Assembly: GCA_963632615.1 (NCBI GenBank)
Contig: CAVGVF010000001.1
Span: 138,636-197,718 of the forward strand
DNA: 59,083 nucleotides
Direction of reading: 5' to 3'
Source of the DNA: an uncultured Eubacteriales bacterium
GTDB taxonomy: Bacteria > Pseudomonadota > Alphaproteobacteria > RF32 > CAG-239
Part shown: piece by piece, positions 48,501 through 55,476 of the stretch
Layout of the letters: each line of letters opens with the position of its first letter
Position numbering within the stretch: position 1 is the stretch's first letter
Notes under the pieces: model-generated
What the model was told of the DNA's origin: nothing
What the model saw: only the letters and a program-made list of their open reading frames with translations
Databases searched by the model: none
Program-made: the position numbers and the translations under genes

Positions 48501-48893
48501 CTTGATAAAAACGCTGCCGATTTGAGCCGGACGCAAAAAGAACAGATAGAATATGAAGTGCTGAATCTGCTGCATAATCCTGAGTTTGCCGAAATATTCG
48601 GCAGCTGTTCGCGGGCAGAAGTGCCGATTATCGGCGAAGTTAAAGGCAAAAACGGCGCAAAAGACAAGATTATTTCAGCTCAGCTGGACAGATTGGTTAT
48701 TTTACCGCAAAAAATTATGATTGTGGATTTTAAAACTAACCGTCCGGCTGCCAAAGATTTGAGCGCAACTCCGCCTGCTTATATCAATCAGCTGCAGGCT
48801 TATGCGGAATTGGTGCAGAAAATATATCCGGATAAGCTGGTCGAAACATATATTTTATGGACGAATGAAACCAGATTGATGCGGGTCAGCTGA
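45519..48893 (+). CDS. addA: double-strand break repair helicase-nuclease AddA
   Basis: The ATG at 45519 follows AAGGAG and overlaps the addB stop. UvrD-type motifs (EASAGTGKTKVL, IDEAQDTSP) and a C-terminal nuclease motif (IMIVDFKTN) are present. Confidence 0.88.
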   Translation: MKTKEEFAALRQERGDLATGQQRSAANPQKSVWVEASAGTGKTKVLSDRVLRLLLSGVNPQRILCLTYTKAAAVEMNTRISERLSKWSVLPEDKLEESLFSLLGDEFGDIKQQKKYKQRARTLFAVLLDTPGGIKIQTIHSFCQEVLKRFPLEAGVSPYFDILDDESAAEALAQIQKDLLDEAEHGADSPLKEALQYLTENLSEYSFPQVMKNITLNRSKITDLLKNYAGNEEYENVLAQKLQISPQDTEDTVIADFMAGINVAGLRLNIAALLQGGSTDQSRAEKLENILRGGMKPADYNQYVGIFVTQKGTLRKAADKKSCAADAGLSDRMTMEGERVLQTEDKIRKARLFQATKAVFTIARELTGHYNEFKKQHARLDYEDLILITRNLLADDAAASWVLFKLDGGIDHVLIDEAQDTSPNQWEIVKSLSAEFFAGAGSSDKKRTVFAVGDRKQSIYSFQGADPDKFDETAEYFAQRAASEFEKVNLAVSFRSSAAVLNTVNQLFADSEVSKGVTAPEETVNHIPFRAGEFGHVEIWPLLVAEKKEKTDDYNWQPPVEMSKEISVKTRLAKKMAAKIKELVEKENLHYRDIMVLVQTRSSFVDEFIRACKDENVNISGADKLRLSEQIAVQDLISLGRFLLLNNDDLSLAEVLKSPIFGLTDDDLIKLCAGRGNAPLWSKLGDFPEYSQVYNDLKTLSNMLDFVRPYELFNYVLTAMNGRYKFTERMGMEVEDALDEFVNLTIAYEQEHIPGLQGFIDWIGRSEVEVKRETEQKDTDAVRLMTVHGSKGLQAPVVFLPDTVRVKNAKNEQALLWGDDIAYYPLNSACYDENCKKIKDKNNDKAFEEYRRLLYVALTRAEDRLYICGFAGKDGADKRSWYELCRKTLQEKGVPDGDIITVDEPEVIAKKTDDKVFAYNEIPAPEPWINEKAQAEDLLAKPYTPSHLEEDENVDSVSPLKDGGNYYRRGTIIHKLLQFLPQSAADKTEIISEYLDKNAADLSRTQKEQIEYEVLNLLHNPEFAEIFGSCSRAEVPIIGEVKGKNGAKDKIISAQLDRLVILPQKIMIVDFKTNRPAAKDLSATPPAYINQLQAYAELVQKIYPDKLVETYILWTNETRLMRVS

Positions 48894-48986
48894 AAATATT
48901 GTTGTCTTATTTGTTAATAGCCTTTAATATTGGCAAAAATAAGACTATATAGAAGTTATCGTTTTTATAAATTAAGGAGAAAAAAT

Positions 48987-49304
48987 ATGACACAACCATT
49001 AAACGACAGCCAATTTTCTGAAAATGTTTTAAATTCTAAAGGGCTTGTTTTGGTCGATTTTTGGGCAGAATGGTGCGGCCCGTGCCGTCAGCTTGGACCT
49101 ATTTTGGAAGCTATTGACGAAGAAATGGGCGGCGATGTTACTATTTATAAGATGAATGTTGATGATTCGCCGGAAACAGCCAGCCAGTTCGGTATCCGCA
49201 GTATTCCGACAATGTTTTTGTTCAAAGACGGCAAACAGGTAGACACCAAAGTCGGCTTAAACACTCAGTCAACCATCTCTTCTTGGATTGAATCATATAA
49301 ATAA
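48987..49304 (+). CDS. trxA: thioredoxin
   Basis: The ATG at 48987 follows AAGGAGAAAAAAT. Active site WAEWCGPCR. 105 aa. Confidence 0.93.
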   Translation: MTQPLNDSQFSENVLNSKGLVLVDFWAEWCGPCRQLGPILEAIDEEMGGDVTIYKMNVDDSPETASQFGIRSIPTMFLFKDGKQVDTKVGLNTQSTISSWIESYK

Positions 49305-49325
49305 CTTACTAAGATAAGAAAAAGC

Positions 49326-49355
49326 TTGACAATAGGTCACCTGATGTGATATAAA
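49326..49355 (+). promoter_or_regulatory. putative sigma-70 promoter with extended -10 (module A)
   Basis: TTGACA, an 18-nt spacer, then TG-A-TATAAA. The 10-mer TTGACAATAG and the TGATA element recur at 51303. Confidence 0.45.
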
Positions 49356-49366
49356 ATTGCCATGAT

Positions 49367-49401
49367 GAAAAAGTGTGCTCGAGAAATCGGCGCACTTTTT
49401 T
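49367..49401 (+). terminator. hairpin plus T-run (trxA terminator and/or attenuator)
   Basis: AAAAAGTGTGC pairs with GCGCACTTTTT (one G-U pair) across an 11-nt loop, and T6 follows. Confidence 0.5.
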
Positions 49402-49430
49402 GTTATTTGAAAATTTAGTCATACAACCAA

Positions 49431-49470
49431 AAAATCCCTTTGTTTTATGAGCAAAAACAAAGGGATTTTT
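49431..49470 (+). terminator. perfect 16-bp hairpin plus T-run (module A), homologous to the hairpin at 51405
   Basis: AAAATCCCTTTGTTTT (49431-49446) pairs perfectly with AAAACAAAGGGATTTT (49454-49469). It lies 37 nt upstream of the 372-aa gene. Confidence 0.55.
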
Positions 49471-49506
49471 CATTTTAAATTTACTCTAAATTAAAGGAGA
49501 TATTAA

Positions 49507-50625
49507 ATGAGTAATAAATTAAGAAATTCTTTACAAAGAAATTTTTATTTAAGAGATGAACGTGATTTATTAGATAAACAAATTGCGTTGTTAAAAGAAA
49601 ATAATTATCCGCTTGAAGAAATTCAGGCATTAGAAAAGCAACGAGCTATGGTGGATGAAGCATTTAATAAAAAAACGCATGATTCAAATGAACCTGAAAC
49701 TATAGGTCAAAAAAGCTATGATTATTCTTATGAACCGGATAGAGATATATGGGATAAAGTTAATGGCAATTACCCTGACGGAGCAGACGGCGAGCGTATG
49801 CGCCAATATGATAACAGAAGGGCAATGATAGAAAAAGTCAATAACGGCACATATTCTCTTGATGACTATATAAATTCAACTTATCAAACAATACCGCAAA
49901 TGTCGGCTTTGTCAAAAAGTAACCAACCAACGGCTCAACCAAACATAAACCCGCAGGAACAAGGATTTTGGACAGTAGAAAATGCAAAAAAATACTTGCG
50001 CCAAGCCAAACAACTGGGATATACTGCAATAAACGGATATTCCATGGGATATTTGGATGAGTTATACGGGGCTGTAGAAAGCGGGGCATACGGTGCCACT
50101 GAAGCATTTCTAAAAGCCTTTGCCGGTTATAATCCCAAAGAAAGCACCTGGGATAGCATGAAAGAAACGTACGTACAAGGCAGAGATGATATGCGCAGAG
50201 AATTGCAGCAGATTAAAGATGAACAACCGATATTAGCAAATATAGCCGATGCAGCCGGTTCTTCATTAAGTCCGTCAATATTCTCTAAAGGCAAACAAGT
50301 AGGCCTTGTTCGAAATACGCTTATTCCAAGAGTTGAACCTTGGACGTATGGAACAGTCGGCAGTGCGGTAAAAAACCAGATGAAAAATGCTATAGCAAAC
50401 AGTGTACTCAGCGGAATCGGCAATTCTGAGGAAAATACTCTGAGTGAATATGCTAAAAATGCAGGAAAAAGCATGATAGGCAATATTGCCGGCAGCAAAG
50501 CCGGAAATGCCTTGTTTGGCAGAAACTTAGAACATGTACTTGGACGAGCTACTGTTGACACCGTTACTAACTATGCCGTTAATTCAGGCCTAAATAGCAT
50601 TGAAGATTATTTAAGGAAAAAATAA
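49507..50625 (+). CDS. 372-aa protein of unknown function, with no signal peptide and a Gly/Ala/Ser/Asn-rich C-terminal third (toxin-like candidate)
   Basis: SD AAAGGAG 7 nt upstream. The N-terminus is coiled-coil-like. The C-terminus reads GIGNSEENTLSEYAKNAGKSMIGNIAGSKAGNALFG, with small-xxx-small spacing. The region is visibly AT-richer than its flanks. Confidence 0.7.
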   Translation: MSNKLRNSLQRNFYLRDERDLLDKQIALLKENNYPLEEIQALEKQRAMVDEAFNKKTHDSNEPETIGQKSYDYSYEPDRDIWDKVNGNYPDGADGERMRQYDNRRAMIEKVNNGTYSLDDYINSTYQTIPQMSALSKSNQPTAQPNINPQEQGFWTVENAKKYLRQAKQLGYTAINGYSMGYLDELYGAVESGAYGATEAFLKAFAGYNPKESTWDSMKETYVQGRDDMRRELQQIKDEQPILANIADAAGSSLSPSIFSKGKQVGLVRNTLIPRVEPWTYGTVGSAVKNQMKNAIANSVLSGIGNSEENTLSEYAKNAGKSMIGNIAGSKAGNALFGRNLEHVLGRATVDTVTNYAVNSGLNSIEDYLRKK

Positions 50626-50627
50626 AT

Positions 50628-51026
50628 ATGAAAGATTTTTGGGAAGATCTTTGGGAAAACTTTGTCAAACCATATTTTTTTGTTCTGATTATGATTGGCA
50701 TAATATGCTGGCTATACGTGTATCCCTGTCTTTTTTATATTGGACAATTAAGATGGTACGATATTATGGGGGTTATTTTTATATCTTCCGAAGCTTTGGC
50801 TGCCATTTTTCATAATAAAAGCAAGCTCGTAAGACATTTAGAACCCTTTATATTTTCTGATAGATGTTTTGAAATAACCTTTTGTGTTGTAACTTTTTCT
50901 AATTTAATGCATATAGAGGCTGCGTGGCCGATTTTTTGTTTGTTATTGAAAACAAGGGGTATCTATGTAGCATTAGTTTTTTTAGGAATTGGCATATACA
51001 ATTATTTTACCATTCCCAAAAGCTAA
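50628..51026 (+). CDS. 132-aa four-TM membrane protein (immunity-like candidate)
   Basis: The ATG lies 2 nt after the upstream stop, and four hydrophobic segments are present. I recognised no family. Confidence 0.65.
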   Translation: MKDFWEDLWENFVKPYFFVLIMIGIICWLYVYPCLFYIGQLRWYDIMGVIFISSEALAAIFHNKSKLVRHLEPFIFSDRCFEITFCVVTFSNLMHIEAAWPIFCLLLKTRGIYVALVFLGIGIYNYFTIPKS

Positions 51027-51062
51027 AACTTTCTTATTTACCTGGAAATTAAGTAAAACTGA

Positions 51063-51106
51063 ATGATAAGCCTCAAATTCCCAAAGATGAGGCTTATCAT
51101 TTTTTC
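51063..51106 (+). terminator. intrinsic terminator of the two-gene cassette
   Basis: A perfect 13-bp stem (ATGATAAGCCTCA / TGAGGCTTATCAT) is followed by TTTTT. Confidence 0.7.
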
Positions 51107-51175
51107 TGCTGTACCACACAGCTGCCATATAAATATATAAAGTTTTACACAGCTACTATTTGTAAGTATATTTAT

Positions 51176-51209
51176 ATAACATATTATATTTTAACATAAC
51201 ATATTATAT
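51176..51209. repeat. 14-bp direct repeat ATAACATATTATAT, two copies on a 20-bp period, within an AT-rich spacer
   Basis: Exact copies lie at 51176-51189 and 51196-51209. A degenerate third copy (ATAACATTATT) starts near 51233. Confidence 0.55.
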
Positions 51210-51302
51210 AAATATACAAATCTTTTATACGTATAACATTATTTTTCAATTATATTTTTATTATGAAATAAAATTAAAAAATTATATTTTATAATAAAAA
51301 AC

Positions 51303-51331
51303 TTGACAATAGCTGATTAGTATGATAATAA
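51303..51331 (+). promoter_or_regulatory. putative sigma-70 promoter with extended -10 (module B)
   Basis: TTGACA, a 17-nt spacer, then TG-A-TAATAA. It shares TTGACAATAG with module A. Confidence 0.45.
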
Positions 51332-51404
51332 GATAATGTATTTGGTAATATCCATGTTAATATTATGCCCTTTCATAATATGTTATGTTGTATTTATACT
51401 CTCC

Positions 51405-51440
51405 AAATCCCTTTGTTTTCCCAAACAGAGGGATTTTTTT
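51405..51440 (+). terminator. hairpin plus T-run (module B), homologous to the hairpin at 49431
   Basis: AAATCCCTTTGTTT pairs with AAACAGAGGGATTT (one G-U pair) across a 4-nt loop, followed by T7. It lies about 75-100 nt downstream of promoter B. Confidence 0.55.
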
Positions 51441-51542
51441 GTCTTTAGATTTAAATCTATTTATATATATTGCTGCATATCTATAAACATTAGAAAGATA
51501 ACAACCACAGGATTATGGAAATTGTAATTTTACAGAATCTTC

Positions 51543-51571
51543 TTGCTTTTAGGCAATAAGTGTGCTACACA
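51543..51571 (+). promoter_or_regulatory. putative promoter of rplQ
   Basis: TTGCTT, a 17-nt spacer, then TG-C-TACACA, about 115 nt upstream of the rplQ ATG. Confidence 0.3.
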
Positions 51572-51685
51572 ATACCCGAAATTGAGTTGGTTTTTATGTA
51601 TGAGCGCTTGGCGCCACCGTAGTAAAAACCTTGTATTTATCCGCTTTGCCCATCAAAGCATAGAGAAAATGAAAGGAATTACATC

Positions 51686-52141
51686 ATGAGACATGGTGAT
51701 GGACACAGAAAATTCAGTATGCCGAAAAGCCAAAGAAGAGCTTTGTTCTCTAACTTGACAAGTTCTTTGCTGGAACACGAACAAATCACAATTACTTTGA
51801 CAAGAGCCAAAGAATTGAGAACTTTTGCCGACAATATGATTACTTTTGCTAAAAAAGGCGATTTAAACAGCCGCCGTATTGCCGCAGGTTTCTTGCGTAA
51901 TAATGAAGTAGTTTCTAAACTGTTCTCTACTTTGGCAGAACGTTATAAAGAACGCAACGGCGGTTACACCCGTGTATTGAAAGCCGGTTTCCGTTATGGC
52001 GACTGCGCTCCGATGGCAATCATTGAATTGGTTGACCGCGATGTAAACGCTAAAGGCGCTAAAGATTTGGCTCGCGTTGCTGCCGAAAAAGCAGCCGCTG
52101 CTGAAGCTGAAAAAGCCGAAAATGCTGCTTCTGCTGAATAA
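51686..52141 (+). CDS. rplQ: 50S ribosomal protein L17 with an Ala-rich C-terminal extension
   Basis: The N-terminal [24 protein letters not shown] is typical of L17. The tail reads [20 protein letters not shown]. Confidence 0.93.
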   Translation: MRHGDGHRKFSMPKSQRRALFSNLTSSLLEHEQITITLTRAKELRTFADNMITFAKKGDLNSRRIAAGFLRNNEVVSKLFSTLAERYKERNGGYTRVLKAGFRYGDCAPMAIIELVDRDVNAKGAKDLARVAAEKAAAAEAEKAENAASAE

Positions 52142-52166
52142 AGTTCAGTTTAAGTAAAGTTAAAAA

Positions 52167-52192
52167 ACGGGGCGAAATCTCCGTTTTTTTTT
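52167..52192 (+). terminator. intrinsic terminator after rplQ
   Basis: Stem ACGGGG / CTCCGT (one G-U pair) with a 6-nt loop, followed by T9. Confidence 0.55.
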
Positions 52193-52215
52193 GTGCTTAA
52201 TATGCTTAGTTTTAA

Positions 52216-53868
52216 TTATTTAAGCGGCAGGCGGATGCTGAATTCGGTGCCTTTGCCTATTTTGCTTTTGACTCTTATGCGCCCTCTCATTTTTTCGATC
52301 AGGCTGCTGACAATGGCTAATCCTAAGCCCGAGCTTCTGGCGTTGTCATTTGCCGAATAAAACGGCTCAAAAATATGTTTCAGCTTATCGTTATCAATCC
52401 CGATGCCGGTGTCGCGTATGGTCAAATATACATTGTCGTTTTTGCAGCGAGAGCCTAAAAACAGCTCGCCGCCGTCCGGCATGGCTTTTATGGCATTTTG
52501 CGACAGATTTAAAATAATCATCTTGAAATCAGCATCATTGCCGTTAAATTTTACATTCGGTTCAAGCTGCGTTTTTATGGCAATGCCGTGCCGTTTTGCA
52601 TCATAATCTATCATCAGCAGCATATCTTTTACGGCATCTTCCACATTGATTTCTACTTCTTCATTGTCGGAATAACGCGCCAGACGCAGCAGCCGCTCCG
52701 GTGTTTTTATCGTTTCCACCAGTTGATTATAAGCCATTTGCAGATATTTTTTCTGGTCATCGTCATCAGGTACATTGCTGTAGTAGTTTGACAAGATTCC
52801 TTCAAAAATCATCCGGATAGCGCCGAGATTGTTTTTCATTTCATGAGCGATTGAAGTCGAAAGAAAAGCTAAAGACGAAACTTTTTGCTGATGAGAAAAA
52901 CGCACGTCATTGCTCAAATCATGGAATGCTTCCACAATATAAACATTTTCGTTGTCTTTGCCCCAGCGCAGGCGGGTGGCATTCAGATACAGCGGAATTT
53001 TCCCGACTTCGTGAATAGTGTGAAAGTCCTCGATATTCTTTTCGGTGTCAAGCAGCAGCTCTTTTATCGGACAGGCGTATTGTCTTTGCGGACAGCCTTC
53101 GCAGTTATGGTTGTAGGCGCGGTAGCATTTTTGCCCGACACAAGATTTTTTCAGGTGCAGCAAAGAGTGAAAAGCGCTGTTAGCCATAATAACGTTATAA
53201 TCCTTGTCAATTACCCGAATGCCGTCAGGAATGGCATCTATCAGCTTTTGCAAAAAGATTTCGCGTGATTTTGTTTCTTCAATATTATATTCGGTATTAT
53301 CCAGCATTTTATTAAAAGCGGAATATAATATATCAAATTCATCTTGAAAGCGGCCTTCTTGCGGGGCGATACGGCTGGAGAATATGCCGAGCGATACTTT
53401 GCGGCTTATTTCGATTAGTTTTTCAATCGGCCGGATAACCCAATAATCCAGCATAAAAATCAAAAGGAAAATAAACAAAACCACAATAAACAGACTAAAG
53501 CCGATAATTTGCGCGCCCACTTTTATGGCTTCTTTGTTGTTATTATAATTTTTTTGCAGTTCCGCATTTAATTGCTGTTCCTTAGATAGTTCTTTCTGTG
53601 TTATGTCAATTCCCTGTGATGCTGATTGCAGGCGGTATTTTGACAGCGCGTTGGGATATTTTTCATAAATTTCGGCCAGCTGTTTTTGCAGCGAGATGTT
53701 ATCATACAGCAAATCAACCACATATTGGTTTCGCAAATACAAAGAATTTTGCCGGTCTTGCAGGTTGCGGGCATAAAAATTGATAAAGATTAAAAAAAAC
53801 AGACAAGTTATGACAAATAAAAAAACTAAGATGCTGTATAAAATCTTTTTATTCAGACTGATAAACAT
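52216..53868 (-). CDS. sensor histidine kinase (2 TM, HAMP, Cys-cluster PAS, HisKA, HATPase_c)
   Basis: H-box SIAHEMKNNLGAI, N-box LNLSQNAIKA, G-boxes DTGIGI and GLGLAIV. The PAS region carries C-x4-C-x7-C-x2-C-x6-C. Confidence 0.88.
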   Translation of the reverse strand: MFISLNKKILYSILVFLFVITCLFFLIFINFYARNLQDRQNSLYLRNQYVVDLLYDNISLQKQLAEIYEKYPNALSKYRLQSASQGIDITQKELSKEQQLNAELQKNYNNNKEAIKVGAQIIGFSLFIVVLFIFLLIFMLDYWVIRPIEKLIEISRKVSLGIFSSRIAPQEGRFQDEFDILYSAFNKMLDNTEYNIEETKSREIFLQKLIDAIPDGIRVIDKDYNVIMANSAFHSLLHLKKSCVGQKCYRAYNHNCEGCPQRQYACPIKELLLDTEKNIEDFHTIHEVGKIPLYLNATRLRWGKDNENVYIVEAFHDLSNDVRFSHQQKVSSLAFLSTSIAHEMKNNLGAIRMIFEGILSNYYSNVPDDDDQKKYLQMAYNQLVETIKTPERLLRLARYSDNEEVEINVEDAVKDMLLMIDYDAKRHGIAIKTQLEPNVKFNGNDADFKMIILNLSQNAIKAMPDGGELFLGSRCKNDNVYLTIRDTGIGIDNDKLKHIFEPFYSANDNARSSGLGLAIVSSLIEKMRGRIRVKSKIGKGTEFSIRLPLK

Positions 53869-53871
53869 AGG

Positions 53872-54588
53872 CTAACTCATTTTGTTGATAAAATCTGTTT
53901 CAGAGGCAATTTTTAAATACGGATTGCATTTTTTTTCTAAATTCAAAGGGACGCCGACCGGCGGCAGATTGTTTTTGCGGCAATTTTCCAAAAATTGCAA
54001 ATATTGCTGAATTTCCGGTTCATTCTGCCGAGCCGCCAGATAGTTTAAAGAAGCGCCGGTATATTCGTGTCCGGGGTAAAAACGCACGTCATCCGGCAGG
54101 GCTTTTATTTTTTGCAGGCTTTGCCACATTTGCCGCGGAGTTCCTTCAAACAATCCGCCTATGCACAGGTTGAACAGCACATCTCCGGTAAACAAAGCCT
54201 TATCTTTGGGAAAATACCAGAGCAAATGTCCGTCCGTGTGCCCCGGTGCCAAAATCGCTTTGGCTTCCGAATGGCCTAAATTAAAAGTGTCGCCGTCATT
54301 CAAAGCCATATCCAGCCCCGGAATCCTTCCGGCCTCCGCCGCCGAGCCGATGATTTGCGCATGAAAACGCTTTTTCAGTGTCAAGTTGGCATTTGTATGG
54401 TCTTCATGATGATGCGTTGTCAAAATATATTGCGGAGTGATGTTTTGCGCGCGGCAAAAATTTATAATCGCATTTTCTTCGGCCGCGTCTACAATAGCGG
54501 AAGTATTGGTATTTTCATCGGTAATAAGGTAGGCGTAATTGTCCATATATCCGGCATTGCATGAGATAGGGCGGATTTGCAGCGTCAT
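53872..54588 (-). CDS. gloB: hydroxyacylglutathione hydrolase (glyoxalase II)
   Basis: Metallo-beta-lactamase motif TTHHHEDH. The size and C-terminal region are typical of GloB. Confidence 0.9.
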   Translation of the reverse strand: MTLQIRPISCNAGYMDNYAYLITDENTNTSAIVDAAEENAIINFCRAQNITPQYILTTHHHEDHTNANLTLKKRFHAQIIGSAAEAGRIPGLDMALNDGDTFNLGHSEAKAILAPGHTDGHLLWYFPKDKALFTGDVLFNLCIGGLFEGTPRQMWQSLQKIKALPDDVRFYPGHEYTGASLNYLAARQNEPEIQQYLQFLENCRKNNLPPVGVPLNLEKKCNPYLKIASETDFINKMS

Positions 54589-55475
54589 TGTATATCCTCC
54601 AGCTGAGCTTTATAGTCAGTGTTTTGCAGTTGATAATATGAAAAAGTATAGTCAATCATTCCGGCAATATTTTTCAGATTGTTGTCCAGCAGCATGGTGG
54701 CGGCTATTTGCGGGCCGTAAAGCGGACGTTCTATTTTGCGGGCTGTCGTGCGAGATTTTCGCAGATATTCATAGTTGATGCCGGAATTTAATTTCAGCAG
54801 ATGATCGGCAATTCCTTCCGCCAAAGTGCCGTAAACCTTATAACGGTAGTCGGCATCCGGATCATCCAGCGGCTTCAATCCTTGTTCTCCATACCATACT
54901 TCTTGCAAATACAGCGAATTAGCCTGCAATGCCAGGCGGGATGTTCCCCAGTTGCTGTAAATTCCGGCGGTGGCAAGCATCACGGACGGCGGAACCGCAT
55001 CAACCTTGTCTAAAAGCTGATGCAGCAAAACAATGTTTTTTTCTTTGCCTTTCAAGCGGGTAAACGCATCATATTTTTGAGCCAGATTGTCTAAAGCGCT
55101 TTGTTCAGGTGCAGAGAGTTCGGCGCCGTTTTCAATTTTTTGCAGCATGTTTTCAATATTTTGGCGCTCGGCGGATACTTTTTCATTTTCATGCAGAACC
55201 AGCGGCAGCATAATTTTCAGAAACACCAGGTGTTTGTCATCGCTTTCCGGAATTTCCGCCCAGTCCTCAGGAAGCCTTAAAAAATAAATCCGCGGATATT
55301 TTGCATTCAGTTTGGTAAATTCATCAAATTTATATTGCTCAAACAGCTGTTTTGTTTCTTGCATATCGGCAGATTTCACATAGAGCGCACCGTCTCTTTT
55401 TTCTGTAATCAGCCGCGCATCGGCAGTTATGGAAAAAAGCAGAAAAAACAAACATATCAGTGCGCGTACAACCAT
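54585..55475 (-). CDS. Bax-like glucosaminidase-domain protein (secreted)
   Basis: A signal peptide is present. The pattern IMLPLVLHENEKV...ATAGIYSNWGTSRLALQANSLY resembles the Bax/FlgJ-type glucosaminidase core (..ESGWGTSRFA..NNLFG). Confidence 0.6.
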   Translation of the reverse strand: MVVRALICLFFLLFSITADARLITEKRDGALYVKSADMQETKQLFEQYKFDEFTKLNAKYPRIYFLRLPEDWAEIPESDDKHLVFLKIMLPLVLHENEKVSAERQNIENMLQKIENGAELSAPEQSALDNLAQKYDAFTRLKGKEKNIVLLHQLLDKVDAVPPSVMLATAGIYSNWGTSRLALQANSLYLQEVWYGEQGLKPLDDPDADYRYKVYGTLAEGIADHLLKLNSGINYEYLRKSRTTARKIERPLYGPQIAATMLLDNNLKNIAGMIDYTFSYYQLQNTDYKAQLEDIQ

Positions 55476-55476
55476 T

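Noticed and set aside
51336-51527. 63-aa hydrophobic ORF (MYLVISMLILCPFIICYVVF...)
   Set aside because: It has no SD and lies in an extremely AT-rich region where long hydrophobic ORFs arise by chance. It reads straight through a strong hairpin plus T7 terminator. I kept it only as a minor alternative in the module B finding.
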